Source of the DNA: Octopus sinensis
Lineage: Eukaryota
Reading direction: 5' to 3'
DNA: 64,000 nucleotides
Assembly (NCBI RefSeq): GCF_006345805.1
Contig: NC_043012.1
Span: 24,676,001-24,740,000, forward strand
Below are positions 63,796 to 64,000 of the stretch, one piece after another. The position numbers were made by a program, and so were the translations under genes. The notes beneath the pieces are model-generated. The model was not told the DNA's origin. It was given only the letters and a program-made list of their open reading frames with translations, and ran no database searches. Within the stretch, counting starts at the first letter, position 1. The number at the start of each line of letters is the position of its first letter.

Positions 63796-64000
63796 GATGG
63801 TTATTTAATGTTGAAACACGGACATATTCATGCGAAGGTTGTTCAAAAATGAAGTAAATATATCGAGAAGCAGAAAAAAAGGTAACTACGACATGGTTTA
63901 GGGCCGTTGAGGTTTTAGAAATAGGGAAATATTTAACAACAACAACAACAACAACAACAATGATAATAATGTTTTGTTATTTGCCACAAGGGCGACGGAC

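Overview
Eukaryotic, AT-rich, extremely repeat-dense DNA with no confidently recognisable host gene. The SINE families and microsatellite load look like a coleoid cephalopod (Octopus-like) genome; this rests on recalled families, not a search. Nearly all ORFs in the track are microsatellite or SINE artefacts. Contents: (1) many tRNA-derived SINEs in three to four families, one forming head-to-tail multimers with a fixed junction at seven loci; (2) fossil transposon coding sequence: a Chapaev3-type transposase (15.8-16.8 kb, minus), a Penelope-like RT-linker/GIY-YIG remnant (28.4-29.05 kb) and an RTE-like LINE remnant (41.2-41.5 kb); (3) two near-intact minimal type I hammerhead ribozyme folds on the minus strand (34715-34762, between 235/283-bp direct repeats, and 37518-37560), plus several decayed hammerhead-like relics; (4) near-perfect foldback elements, mostly embedded in (AT)n tracts; (5) a non-autonomous Helitron, MITEs, a 5S rRNA pseudogene and a tRNA-Arg-like pseudogene with a TTC anticodon; (6) a 100-N gap at 34052-34151; (7) one candidate terminal exon at about 63052. 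The most interesting signal is the set of hammerhead motifs, direct repeats and foldbacks associated with (AT)n tracts, consistent with a Penelope-like or retrozyme-like family.
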